From positions 96,001 to 160,000 of the forward strand of contig JBHLJY010000002.1 of the NCBI GenBank assembly GCA_048887225.1: 64,000 nt of DNA, in the 5' to 3' direction. Below are positions 37,646 through 47,870 of the stretch, piece by piece. Made by a program: the position numbers and the translations under genes. The notes under the pieces are model-generated. The model made no database searches, was not told the DNA's origin, and saw only the letters and a list, made by a program, of their open reading frames with translations. Every line of letters starts with the position of its first letter. The stretch's first letter is position 1. This stretch comes from Candidatus Hodarchaeota archaeon. Lineage in GTDB: Archaea > Asgardarchaeota > Lokiarchaeia > Sigyniarchaeales > SOKP01.

Positions 37646-40153
37646 CTAGAGCTTTATCGGACGACTATTAGCTTGGAATACTGGTCCTATGATTTGACTG
37701 TAAAGCTTAGAGTATTGCTCTTGGTTGCTGATAATGGCTACCATTTCCGTTTCTTTTGTTGTCACGGGCGCAAGGATTACCTCTTCAGCATCTCGTGTTA
37801 CAGCAAAAAAATCTCCCGCTCCAGTTAAATTGCGGAATTGAATGTTTCCCAATTGCATCATTTTCTTAATGATATCTCCGTAGGTTGCCATATCAAAAGC
37901 AGATGTAAGCATAAATCTGGCTGCTTTTTTCTGATAAGCGAATTCAGAGATAAGTTGTAAAATTTCGGGTAATACTTTAGGCATAACAATTATTATTGAA
38001 GATTTGGTTCGATACACAGCACTTTTAACTGCTGCTATCAACGCATCTCTTCCAACAGTGTGCCATGTGTTAACTATTCCTTTATCTTCTTGAACAGAAC
38101 TCGATGCGTTATGAATATCTTTTAACTTTGTTTCGTTAGTTTCAGCTATTTCAGTAACGTCGTCAATTGAGTTCATAAAATGAAGTGTAAAATCGGCAAT
38201 AGCATCTTTTACATTTTGGGAAGTGTCCCGAGTTGTATTCGATAAACTAGTTCGTAGGGTTTCAGCGTTTTCTTTATATTTATTTTTATGATCTTCGAGC
38301 ATATTAGACAACATTTTGTCCATATCAGCTGATTCCTCGTTCCAGAGGTTAATTTCAGAGTCAATTTTTTCAGAAGTAATTGACTTAGATGAGTCAAAAT
38401 CAGAACGAATTTTAGCTAAACGGCTATCTACAGTATTTTTATTTTTTGATTTGAAATCGTTTATGGTGGTAATTTGATTATTGCATTCAGTGGATACATC
38501 ACTTTTGCCTCCAGAAAATTTAGAATCCATATCCTTGCCCCAATTATCATTCTTTGTTTTAATATCGGAATCAAAAGCAGTATAATGTTTTAACGATTGT
38601 TCTTTATGTGTATTTATTGCTTCATCATAATCCTTATGGTGCTGTTTTAATGTATTTTCTAGGGAATCCTTCAACTTTATTGTGGTATCAGAACAGTCTT
38701 TTATTCCACTCTGCAAAGTGTTATCGATTTCACTTGCCATATCTGTTGCTAAAGTATCTAATTCTGCACTTATCGTTTCCTGTGCTCTTTTATCAAGGTC
38801 TGTAGTTTCTGTAGCGAGAGAACTATTTTCACTAGATATAGTTTCCGTTACTTCTCCTTTCAATTCATCTGTAGTTGCCTGGGTATCATTGATATATGTA
38901 TCGCAATCATTAACAAAATCGTCTTTAAATGGTCTTGAAATTGATGCTACTTTTTGCTCTATTACCTTCCAATCGTTAATAAATCTCATTTTTTTCTTTT
39001 TTCCAAAGAAAAAACCTACATTTGTGATTGCTTCTGAAAAATCACTAAATCGATTTGAAGTATCAAGAAGATTTTCAAGCAAGGTAAGAGCACTATCTTT
39101 ATATTCATTTACTTGATTTTGAAAAATCGAATGTCGATTCTCAACTTTAGAATGTATATCTGACTCAATCCTACTAGTCGTGCTTTTCACATGGTTAATA
39201 TGTTCCGATAATAATTTTGCGATTCTTTCTTTTAAATCTGTAATAATTTTTTCCATTCTTTCTAAATATTTTTCAAGAATTTGTTCCATTTTAGGTTTAA
39301 GCTCATTCGCAATATTTTTATGCCTCTCAACGTGGTCATCTAAATCCTTTTTCAATTCTTTTTCCAAATTTTCGACACGAGATGAAAAATCTCCTAATAA
39401 ATCGGCGATTAAACTATTTAAATCATTTTTAGCGGTAGTTATAGCCGATTCATTATCACCTACAAAAGAACTTGAAATATTCTTAAGATCAGTGTTTAAT
39501 GTGTCTAAGATATTATGAATGTTATTTTCCAGACTTCCTGTAGAGGAATTTTGTGCCTCTTTGATTGCCTCTAATTCGCCATCCAACTGATCTACATCAG
39601 CTTTTAATTCTGAATAATCTTTCTCAATATTATCGTGAAGTTCTTTTTCTAAAGTTTTAGATGTTTCGGTAAACCGGTTGGTTGCTTTATCAATTCTGGC
39701 TTTTTTATCAGAATTTTTTGCGTCAGAATCATCGAAAAAAGCCTTAATTTGAGTAGCTACCGCATTCTCAACTTCCTCGATACTTTTATTTTGAATTGAT
39801 TCAAGCTTCTCAAATCGACTTGATTGGTCAGATAGAGCATTATCCTTAATACTAGCAATCTCATTTCTAAACACTTCAGATTCATTCGTAAATAATTCAA
39901 AATAAGGTTCCAACGGGATATATCTATCTACAATACCTTTTATTTTTTTTAAGAAATTATTTTCCACGAGTTTTTTGGTTATTTCTTCAACTTTAGAATA
40001 CTCAATCTCATCCTCTTCAAAATACATGAGTACTTCAGATATTGTGGCTTGAGGTACTCCTAGATATTTTATGTAAACACTAATATCCTCTTCAGTCAAT
40101 CCGTATCGAGTGAAGACTTCTTTAGTTATCTCTTTTAGAGACATATTTTTCAC
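37646..40153 (-). CDS. TrmB-like wHTH + ~600-aa coiled coil + TrmB/PLD-like C-terminal domain
   Basis: YGLTEEDISVY..L...ATISE..YSKV....KKL...FL...RYIPLEP, a long heptad-rich region, then KSSIIIVMP...RDAEEVILAP. Confidence 0.7.
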   Translation of the reverse strand: MKNMSLKEITKEVFTRYGLTEEDISVYIKYLGVPQATISEVLMYFEEDEIEYSKVEEITKKLVENNFLKKIKGIVDRYIPLEPYFELFTNESEVFRNEIASIKDNALSDQSSRFEKLESIQNKSIEEVENAVATQIKAFFDDSDAKNSDKKARIDKATNRFTETSKTLEKELHDNIEKDYSELKADVDQLDGELEAIKEAQNSSTGSLENNIHNILDTLNTDLKNISSSFVGDNESAITTAKNDLNSLIADLLGDFSSRVENLEKELKKDLDDHVERHKNIANELKPKMEQILEKYLERMEKIITDLKERIAKLLSEHINHVKSTTSRIESDIHSKVENRHSIFQNQVNEYKDSALTLLENLLDTSNRFSDFSEAITNVGFFFGKKKKMRFINDWKVIEQKVASISRPFKDDFVNDCDTYINDTQATTDELKGEVTETISSENSSLATETTDLDKRAQETISAELDTLATDMASEIDNTLQSGIKDCSDTTIKLKDSLENTLKQHHKDYDEAINTHKEQSLKHYTAFDSDIKTKNDNWGKDMDSKFSGGKSDVSTECNNQITTINDFKSKNKNTVDSRLAKIRSDFDSSKSITSEKIDSEINLWNEESADMDKMLSNMLEDHKNKYKENAETLRTSLSNTTRDTSQNVKDAIADFTLHFMNSIDDVTEIAETNETKLKDIHNASSSVQEDKGIVNTWHTVGRDALIAAVKSAVYRTKSSIIIVMPKVLPEILQLISEFAYQKKAARFMLTSAFDMATYGDIIKKMMQLGNIQFRNLTGAGDFFAVTRDAEEVILAPVTTKETEMVAIISNQEQYSKLYSQIIGPVFQANSRPIKL

Positions 40154-40305
40154 ATTAGTTTTTTTAGATTTGTTTTAAGATTCACTTACAATTTAATTTA
40201 AATTTTATATGAATTTACTAATATTTTATTTAAAATATTATTTAATAATATTTTCATACTAATTATTCTTTTTATATTTAGTTATAGAAAAAAAAGTTAA
40301 CATTC

Positions 40306-41991
40306 TTAATCATTTTTTCTGTGTCTTAAAATTTGACCGTTTAAGACTCCTAAGTGACTTCCATTTTTAGCAGTGATTTCTCCATTTACAATAACATAAT
40401 ATATACCTTCTGGAAATTGACGACCATTCTGATAAGTAGCTTTGTCTTTTATTTCGTCTGAATTAAATATGGCGATATCCGCCTTGTAGTTTTCTCTGAT
40501 AATCCCTCTGTCTTTCAAACCTAATATCGATGCGGGTAATGAAGTCATCTTTCTAACTCCTTCTTCTAATGACACAATCTTTTTATCTCTAACATATCTA
40601 GCCAATATTCTTGGAAAGGTTCCGTAGGAGCGTGGGTGAGTATTACTATCTAAAACTAAAAAACCATCAGAACCTATACACACAAAATCTTGTTGAAATA
40701 AAAATAAAATGCTTTTTCTCTCGTTCATACCTTTAAAAGAAACCATGATGGAACCTTCTTCATCTCTAATGAAATCCAATAGAGCTTCAGCTATTTCTTT
40801 TTTCGGATAAATACTTTTCAACACATCGTTTAAATATTTTCCCTCTATTTGATGATTATGCAAAACACTGATAATTCTTACACTATTTTTTAAAAAATTG
40901 AACATAATCTCTATCATTTTAGTTCTAGGGAGTTCTTGTATTTTAGATGTGATATTAGTTAGAAATGTTGAGGTTAACATATTGATTGTCTCATCTATGA
41001 TTTTTTCTCTAGTATTTGGGTTAGTTAAATTTTCTTGAAAGTTTTTATAAACCCAAGGTTTTAATAAAAATCCTGCCAAACTAGTAGAACCCTCCTCATA
41101 AGGATAAAGATCTGCGTAAATATTAAGACCTTCCTTTCTCGCATTTATTACCATTTTAATCATCTTTGGAGTTAATTTCCATGCAAAATTACCAGCAGCC
41201 TTCCAATGAGATATCTGACCTTGAATATTTGCTTTTCTTACAATTTTGATAAATTCATCCATTCCTTCGTCTAAAATTTTAGTCCCTTCGTTTCTTATAT
41301 GAGAGTCGTAAATCCCTCCGTATTGTCTTACAACTTTGCAAAGTTCAATAATTTCTTCTGTAGAGGTTATAGATCCTGGAGGATATATTAAACCTGTACT
41401 CATTCCGAAGGCCCCAGTTTCTAATTCTCTTTTAACGATATTTTTCATTGACTTCAATTCTTCTGGTGTTGCTGAGCGATCATCTAACCCCATTATACTT
41501 GCTCTTATATTTCCTTGAGGTATGAAAAATGCTAGATTTGTAGAGATTCCTTTTTTCTCAATCACATCCATATATTCTTGAAGTGTATCAAATAATTGCA
41601 ATTTACTGGAACCAAACACATTTTCCACGAAAGTCGAATAATAATTTCGAACTTTATCATTAGCAGGAGCAAGACTTATCCCACACATTCCTACTACGAG
41701 AGTTGTAACTCCCTGCATAATGGTTGCTTCAGCTTTATTTGCTTCTAAGATTGTAAGATCACCATGGGAATGCATGTCGATAAATCCCGGGGAGACAACT
41801 TTATTAGACGCATCAATTAATTCGCAGTCATCCTCCTCTAGATTCAATCCAATCTTATCAATTCTACCATTTTTAATATAAACATCAGATTTATATCCTG
41901 GAGAACCAGTACCATCGACAATTATTCCATTTCTTATTAAAATATTCATAGGAACATCAAAAATTAAGTGTGATAAGAATTTGAGAATCAA
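40306..41991 (-). CDS. N-acyl-D-amino-acid deacylase family amidohydrolase
   Basis: PGFIDMHSH, STGLIYPPG, SHIRNE, GSDG, HPRSYGTFPR. Confidence 0.93.
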   Translation of the reverse strand: MILKFLSHLIFDVPMNILIRNGIIVDGTGSPGYKSDVYIKNGRIDKIGLNLEEDDCELIDASNKVVSPGFIDMHSHGDLTILEANKAEATIMQGVTTLVVGMCGISLAPANDKVRNYYSTFVENVFGSSKLQLFDTLQEYMDVIEKKGISTNLAFFIPQGNIRASIMGLDDRSATPEELKSMKNIVKRELETGAFGMSTGLIYPPGSITSTEEIIELCKVVRQYGGIYDSHIRNEGTKILDEGMDEFIKIVRKANIQGQISHWKAAGNFAWKLTPKMIKMVINARKEGLNIYADLYPYEEGSTSLAGFLLKPWVYKNFQENLTNPNTREKIIDETINMLTSTFLTNITSKIQELPRTKMIEIMFNFLKNSVRIISVLHNHQIEGKYLNDVLKSIYPKKEIAEALLDFIRDEEGSIMVSFKGMNERKSILFLFQQDFVCIGSDGFLVLDSNTHPRSYGTFPRILARYVRDKKIVSLEEGVRKMTSLPASILGLKDRGIIRENYKADIAIFNSDEIKDKATYQNGRQFPEGIYYVIVNGEITAKNGSHLGVLNGQILRHRKND

Positions 41992-42076
41992 TAAATTAAA
42001 TTATAAATATATGAATCTGTTTATATTTAAATTAATTGTTTAAGATTTAAAATATGAAATTGAAAGTGGATATGAA

Positions 42077-43501
42077 TTGAACTCTAAGGTTGCAACTTTA
42101 TTTGAAGAATATATTCCTAGAAAATCAAAATTAGCTTTTGGTGCTCTTAATGGAGCTAATGGAGTTTTATCAGGGATAGCATTTTCGGCTATAACATTTT
42201 ATTATAATGTTAAACTAGGATTGAGCGCCCCTTTAATCGGAATCGCATGGTTACTTTTTGCCATTTGGAATACGATAAATGATCCTCTTTTTGGTTATAT
42301 ACAAGACCGTACAAAATCTGAAAAGTATGGAAGAAGAATACCTTATGTTCGCTTTGGAGCTCCGATTATTGGGATTTTATTTATTATTTGTTGGTTTCCT
42401 TTTGTTGATAAGACTGATGAGTTTGGGCTCTTTTTAAATCTTTTAATTGTACTTCTTTTATTTGATACACTATTTACTATAATAGGGCTTATTGGATTTG
42501 CTTTACCTGCAGAAATGGGCATCACACAAAAAGCCCGCGCTGAAATTGTGACCTATGGAGTAATTTCCACTTCAATTGGATTCATTATTTCATTTATAAT
42601 CCCAGTTTTTCTTTTAACAGGTGACAAGTCTACCAACATTGATCCAATGTTTTTTATTGCAATGATTCTAATTGGAATAATATGCGCCAGCATTATTTTT
42701 ATGAGTAGTTTTTTCTTGAAAGAAAATCTTTATACTCAACTAGAAGAGCCATTAGGATTAATGGATACAATAAAAGAAACACTTAAAAATAAACCATTTT
42801 TAAAATATGAAGTTAGTAATTTTTCTTTTCTACTTGCTCAAACAATTTTTACTACAGGTATATTTTACTATGTTGATTTTGTTTTAAATTTAAGGGGATT
42901 TTTAACGATAGTTCCTTTGTTGCTAATTTTTTTAATGGTATTCATATTTACTCCCATTTTCAGTAAAATTGCTGGAAAACATGGATTAAAAAAAGTTTAT
43001 ATATTTGGTCTTGCATTTACTGGTGTAATTTCTATCAGCTTCTTATTCTTAGGTTGGTCTTTATTAACTGCAATAATTCCATTGCTTTTATTAGGAATTG
43101 GATTTTCTGCATTAATTCTTTTAAGACCTGCTATAATGGCTGATGTTATTGATTTTGACGAAACTCGTACTGGTAAGCGTAGAGAAACGAGTTATGGTGG
43201 AATGAATGCTGTAATTGAAAAACCAGCAATTTCAATAGCAAACTGGATTTTTTTATTTGTAATAGCGTACTTCGGATTTCAAGCAAAAGCACAAACACAA
43301 TCAACAAATGCACAGTTGGGAATAATGGTTGCATTAACGTTAATACCTGCAATTTTTGTTCTGTTTAGTGCATTTGTTATGAAATCTTTCCCTTTAGATG
43401 GTCCAGAATGGAATAATCAAAAATTAGAACTTAAAAAAATCCACGATGAGAAGGAAAAAAAATATATTAAATATCTTAAGGAACAAGGTAAAATCCCATA
43501 A
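42077..43501 (+). CDS. MFS transporter, GPH (MelB-like) family
   Basis: WNTINDPLFG..QDRTKS..YGRRIPY; ADVIDFDE.RTGKRRE. Confidence 0.92.
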   Translation: MNSKVATLFEEYIPRKSKLAFGALNGANGVLSGIAFSAITFYYNVKLGLSAPLIGIAWLLFAIWNTINDPLFGYIQDRTKSEKYGRRIPYVRFGAPIIGILFIICWFPFVDKTDEFGLFLNLLIVLLLFDTLFTIIGLIGFALPAEMGITQKARAEIVTYGVISTSIGFIISFIIPVFLLTGDKSTNIDPMFFIAMILIGIICASIIFMSSFFLKENLYTQLEEPLGLMDTIKETLKNKPFLKYEVSNFSFLLAQTIFTTGIFYYVDFVLNLRGFLTIVPLLLIFLMVFIFTPIFSKIAGKHGLKKVYIFGLAFTGVISISFLFLGWSLLTAIIPLLLLGIGFSALILLRPAIMADVIDFDETRTGKRRETSYGGMNAVIEKPAISIANWIFLFVIAYFGFQAKAQTQSTNAQLGIMVALTLIPAIFVLFSAFVMKSFPLDGPEWNNQKLELKKIHDEKEKKYIKYLKEQGKIP

Positions 43502-43523
43502 CTACTAAATAATAGGATAAAAT

Positions 43524-43847
43524 ATGAAAAAGAAAGAAAATGATGAAAATCGCGAAGAAGTCCAAAAAGTTCAAATCATTAATTCAAAGCAAAACCATAC
43601 ATCTTCTTATATTAAAGATAAATTAAAAGAATTAGAATTCGTTGCAGATGAGTTAATTAAGTTTGCTATGTGGAGATGGGAAAAAACTCCAAATAAGAAG
43701 GATAAAATATTAAAAGAAACAGAAGAGTGGTTAACTCAGAGAATCGGACACGGATCAATTGGACCAGCAACAGCGGCAGCGGAACCATTATTAAGAGAAA
43801 AACTAGAGGAATTGCGTTTATTATTTAAAAAAGTATTTTATAAATAA
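43524..43847 (+). CDS. Hypothetical protein
   Basis: ORF in operon-like context. Confidence 0.6.
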   Translation: MKKKENDENREEVQKVQIINSKQNHTSSYIKDKLKELEFVADELIKFAMWRWEKTPNKKDKILKETEEWLTQRIGHGSIGPATAAAEPLLREKLEELRLLFKKVFYK

Positions 43848-43903
43848 AATAAGAACATAATACATTTTGTAATTGATAAATTAGATATTTTATATCATAA
43901 ATA

Positions 43904-44425
43904 TTGAGTACTAATATGATGATAGACCCAGAATTATTTTTAGAATTTTTGAAAGGAAGAAGGTCGATAAGGAATTTTCAAAGCAAACCTCTTTCCGATA
44001 AAGATATAGATATGATTCTAGAGGCTGGTAGATGGACCCCAAGTGCATCTAATGTACAACCATGGGAATTTATTGTAATTAAAAATCGAGAAATCTTAAA
44101 GCAAATTTCTAAAACAGGAATTTATGGAGGCCCTCTGAGAAAAGCACCCATGGGAATTGCGATAGTAGGAAAAAAAAAAGAAAATCCCAATTGGTATATT
44201 CAAGATACATCCTTAGCTTCTATGAATATGATGTTAATGGCTTGGACTCTAAATATTGGTATGTGTTGGATGGGAAATATGGATAGAGAATTCGCTAAAG
44301 AGTTGTTAGGGCTAGGTAAAGATGATTTTCTCTTAACAATTTTAGCTACAGGATATATTAGAGGACAAATTCCTAAGCCAAGTCTTAGAAAAAGCTTAGA
44401 TGAAATAAAAAGAGAAATAATATAA
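43904..44425 (+). CDS. Nitroreductase family protein
   Basis: RRSIRNF; TPSASNVQPWEF. Confidence 0.93.
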   Translation: MSTNMMIDPELFLEFLKGRRSIRNFQSKPLSDKDIDMILEAGRWTPSASNVQPWEFIVIKNREILKQISKTGIYGGPLRKAPMGIAIVGKKKENPNWYIQDTSLASMNMMLMAWTLNIGMCWMGNMDREFAKELLGLGKDDFLLTILATGYIRGQIPKPSLRKSLDEIKREII

Positions 44426-44446
44426 AATCTATATTAATCTTTATCC

Positions 44447-45613
44447 TTAAATGGGTATTGTAACCTCGTTAAGTTCTTCAGGTGCTCGAGTGAGTTTCAT
44501 ATTTCCATCATCAGTGATTAAGACACTATCAGAGTGCCGAAAGCCACCTATGCCAGGAATATAGATTCCGGGTTCAATGCTGACTAACATCCCAGGTTCA
44601 AGTTTCCGATCATAACCTTCAGCAATATACGGTGCTTCGTGTCCGGTGATTCCTAAACCATGTCCCGTGCGATGAATGATATAATCTCCATATCCTCGGG
44701 CAGTGATGAATTTCCGCACAGCCTTATCAATCTCATTCATTAGAACCCCAGGCTTGGCGAGTTCATATGCTAAAGCCCTGGCTTCAAACATAACTTCAAA
44801 AGGTTTCTTGGCGTTCTCAGGAACAAATCCTAAAAAAAACGTTCTTTCAACCTCTACTCCGTAGCCATCTATTTGACCGCTCACAATGGAGACATGAGGT
44901 CCCCCATCCTCCATCTCTTGAAAGATAGTGGGAATTTTATGAGGATCATGAGAGATTTTTGGTGGCCAAACAGCTCCAACAACTCTTGTTACAATCATAT
45001 TTGCGTTAGGAATATCTGCTATAATCTTTTTCGTCATAGCACTCGTTACTTCTTGGTATATTACGAATTCCAGCACCTTAGGTTTGCAAACCTTCAATAG
45101 AACTTTATGGCCTTTATTTACTACTCGGCAGGCATGAATGGTCCGCCCAATCTCGTAATCGGATTTTATGAGCCGCACCTCCTCTACAATATCAGATATT
45201 ATTTTCTTTCCGGGTGTTTTTTCATAAATTCCCATAGGCATGGCTGATTCTATTCCAACGCAGGTATTCTCCTTAACAAGAGAGCGATAATAGTCAAACC
45301 AATTCTTTCCTTCAGGTGCAGGAAACTCGTAATAGCTTAAGAAATCTAAATCGCACCGAGCTCGAGTCTCGACGTGGACTTTTTCTAATAGAGGGACCAC
45401 CATTTTTGGAGTTTCCTTTTTTGTAATAACTAAAATAAAAGGACGCTCGTGGACGTAATTGGCAAAATTGGTAAGGAAATATATGTTAACAGGGTCGAAT
45501 GAGACATAATAATCTAAGTTCTGTTCATCCATTAAACTTCTCACCTTTTCTAATCGGTGAGATAATTCCTCTCGGCTTGGAGGTGATGTAATAGGTTTAA
45601 GGTTCCTATTCAT
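44447..45613 (-). CDS. M24 (Xaa-Pro peptidase/creatinase-like) family hydrolase
   Basis: Creatinase N-domain, HRTGHGLG, HEAP and EPGIY motifs. Confidence 0.9.
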   Translation of the reverse strand: MNRNLKPITSPPSREELSHRLEKVRSLMDEQNLDYYVSFDPVNIYFLTNFANYVHERPFILVITKKETPKMVVPLLEKVHVETRARCDLDFLSYYEFPAPEGKNWFDYYRSLVKENTCVGIESAMPMGIYEKTPGKKIISDIVEEVRLIKSDYEIGRTIHACRVVNKGHKVLLKVCKPKVLEFVIYQEVTSAMTKKIIADIPNANMIVTRVVGAVWPPKISHDPHKIPTIFQEMEDGGPHVSIVSGQIDGYGVEVERTFFLGFVPENAKKPFEVMFEARALAYELAKPGVLMNEIDKAVRKFITARGYGDYIIHRTGHGLGITGHEAPYIAEGYDRKLEPGMLVSIEPGIYIPGIGGFRHSDSVLITDDGNMKLTRAPEELNEVTIPI

Positions 45614-45767
45614 TTTATTTAACCTCTTATCTCACGATATTTATCTTAATCTTCTAAAAAAATTAACTAATATTTATTAATTAGGATCTTAAATTTAATA
45701 TATTTTAATGTAAAAGATTTATATAAGGACAAAAAAGTTTAAAACTGTTTTTATAAGAAATAAACCG

Positions 45768-46520
45768 ATGTTATTCGAAAAATTAAATGAAGTAGAGCAT
45801 CTAACTGGTATATTTGGAATTATTTCTACGTGCACAGCTTTTTTATTAGGTATTATTGTTCTATACAAAGCGATTGATACAAAACAAAAGTTACTTTTCC
45901 TTTTCTTTTTAACTGTGACATGTACGGCTTCTCCTTGGTATCCCAGTGGATTAGGATATATCTATTTGTTAATTACTGGCAACACATTTGATTATCGATT
46001 TTATATTTTATTAGGAACTGTTTTAATTCCCATTGCAATACACGCTTGGCTAACAATATATATGACAATTATTTTTCCTAAGAAAAAGAATTTAGTTTTA
46101 ATTCTTTATGGTGTTATTGCTATAATTTTTTATATTTATCTGTTTTATTTTCTTTACCTTGCTCCAGGAGCTCCAATAGAGAATATGATTGGAATTAAAA
46201 GAACCATAATTGATATAGATTATAAAGGTTTTGTTCTTGTTTATCTATTAATTTTAATTATAACTACTATTATTACAGGTATCCATTTTTCTTTGATTTC
46301 AATGAGAACAGATTCAATTGTAGTAAAATGGAAAGGTAAATTTTTATTGGCAGCGTTTATTTCCTTTGGTATTGGGGCGTTCATAGATGGTTTACTTGAG
46401 TTATCCATAATCACCTTAATTATATGTAGATTAATCATCCTGTTTTCAACACTCTTCTTTTATATAGGATTTATTATGCCTAAATGGATGAAAAAAATTA
46501 TTGATTTATCGAAGGCTTAG
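45768..46520 (+). CDS. 7-TM hypothetical membrane protein
   Basis: Seven hydrophobic segments. Confidence 0.75.
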   Translation: MLFEKLNEVEHLTGIFGIISTCTAFLLGIIVLYKAIDTKQKLLFLFFLTVTCTASPWYPSGLGYIYLLITGNTFDYRFYILLGTVLIPIAIHAWLTIYMTIIFPKKKNLVLILYGVIAIIFYIYLFYFLYLAPGAPIENMIGIKRTIIDIDYKGFVLVYLLILIITTIITGIHFSLISMRTDSIVVKWKGKFLLAAFISFGIGAFIDGLLELSIITLIICRLIILFSTLFFYIGFIMPKWMKKIIDLSKA

Positions 46521-46634
46521 GCATCATAATTTATTTAATTAGAAAAAAGATACAATCAAAAAGAGGCATAGAGATTAAAGAAATCATGAAAATTTCGCCT
46601 AAATCAGTATCTTTCGAAGAAAAAAATAAATAGA

Positions 46635-47534
46635 TTAGCTTAAAATATAACCATTTTTTTTTTTTTCAATTAATTTTTTTTTTAGAAATTTATCAAAATG
46701 CTTTTCAATCATTATTCTTTCAGCTATTATTTCGTATGTTTCCCATTCACTGTATCTTTTATATATAATATTTTTTTTAATCAAATCCTGTGGGTTTAAT
46801 GGAGTCTTTTCTGAAAGATACGACAAAACACATTCGTCATTTTTATATATAATTGATTTATAATTCTCTAATTCTTCTTTTATTAGTTTCTTACCTTGAA
46901 ATATTCCTTTATGACCTGAAATTGCGAGTTCTATATCTATATTCTCTAATTTTTCTACAGATTCTTCATAATCAATTAAGTTTGAATCAATACACCCATA
47001 AAAAAGAAACCTCGTGAGATCAATATCCGCTAAAAAAGCAATTTTTGAATTTTTTTCGTAAAAACAACAATGACCCGCGGTGTGACCAGGAGTATGAATC
47101 ACTTTTAATAGATAATTGTTAATTTCAATTAGTTCATTATGTTCTATCGTTTTACTTATTTCGGTATTTTCTATTTTATACCCTTCTATTATTGGATCTA
47201 ATGCATTTTCTGCAATTGTACCATCAAGGCCGTAATACGGGATCATTTTATTTATATCTTCTATAATGTGCTTATCATCACCGTGGCATAAGTATATAGC
47301 ATTTTTAAATAATCTATTACCTGAGATATGATCTTCGTGCCAATGACTTAAAATTATGCGATTTACGGAGAAGTTTCTTTTTAATTTGCGTAAATGTTTG
47401 CTTGAAACTCCTGTATCAATTAGATAATCTCCAATTAACATTGAGTGGGAATATGGATATCTTCCATCCCTTTCACCTCTAATAAAAAAAATGTCCTTAA
47501 ACTCATCTGATAAAGGTTGTATAATATCCTTCAA
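46635..47534 (-). CDS. Metallo-beta-lactamase fold hydrolase
   Basis: SHWHEDH, TPGHT, SGH. Confidence 0.92.
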   Translation of the reverse strand: MKDIIQPLSDEFKDIFFIRGERDGRYPYSHSMLIGDYLIDTGVSSKHLRKLKRNFSVNRIILSHWHEDHISGNRLFKNAIYLCHGDDKHIIEDINKMIPYYGLDGTIAENALDPIIEGYKIENTEISKTIEHNELIEINNYLLKVIHTPGHTAGHCCFYEKNSKIAFLADIDLTRFLFYGCIDSNLIDYEESVEKLENIDIELAISGHKGIFQGKKLIKEELENYKSIIYKNDECVLSYLSEKTPLNPQDLIKKNIIYKRYSEWETYEIIAERIMIEKHFDKFLKKKLIEKKKNGYILS

Positions 47535-47636
47535 AAAAAATGCCTCAATTAAGAGAATTGGTTATGATAAAGATTTTAATCTCTTAAATTTTTACATTTA
47601 ATACGTTAATTTTAAAGTTTCTATATTATTATTAAA

Positions 47637-47813
47637 TTATTTTAATGCGTAATAGCAACGTTTAGGAGAATGAACCTTACCCTGTTCTCTTAATTCTTTA
47701 ATAATTTTAGAAACTTCTTTTGATTCGATACCAGTTTGCTTTGCGATATCTCCTGGTCGTAAAGGCTTATTAGAATTTTGGAAAACTTGCAACACTTTAT
47801 CTTTATCAGTCAT
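47637..47813 (-). CDS. Small winged-HTH protein
   Basis: PLRPGDIAKQTG...VSKIIKELREQGKVHSPKRCYY. Confidence 0.8.
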   Translation of the reverse strand: MTDKDKVLQVFQNSNKPLRPGDIAKQTGIESKEVSKIIKELREQGKVHSPKRCYYALK

Positions 47814-47870
47814 TATATTTAACACTAATTTCAATATTTTATTAAATTTAATTCCTATATTTTTTAAAAA

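Noticed and set aside
37646-40153. SMC/Rad50 annotation
   Set aside because: No Walker A/B or ABC signature motif.
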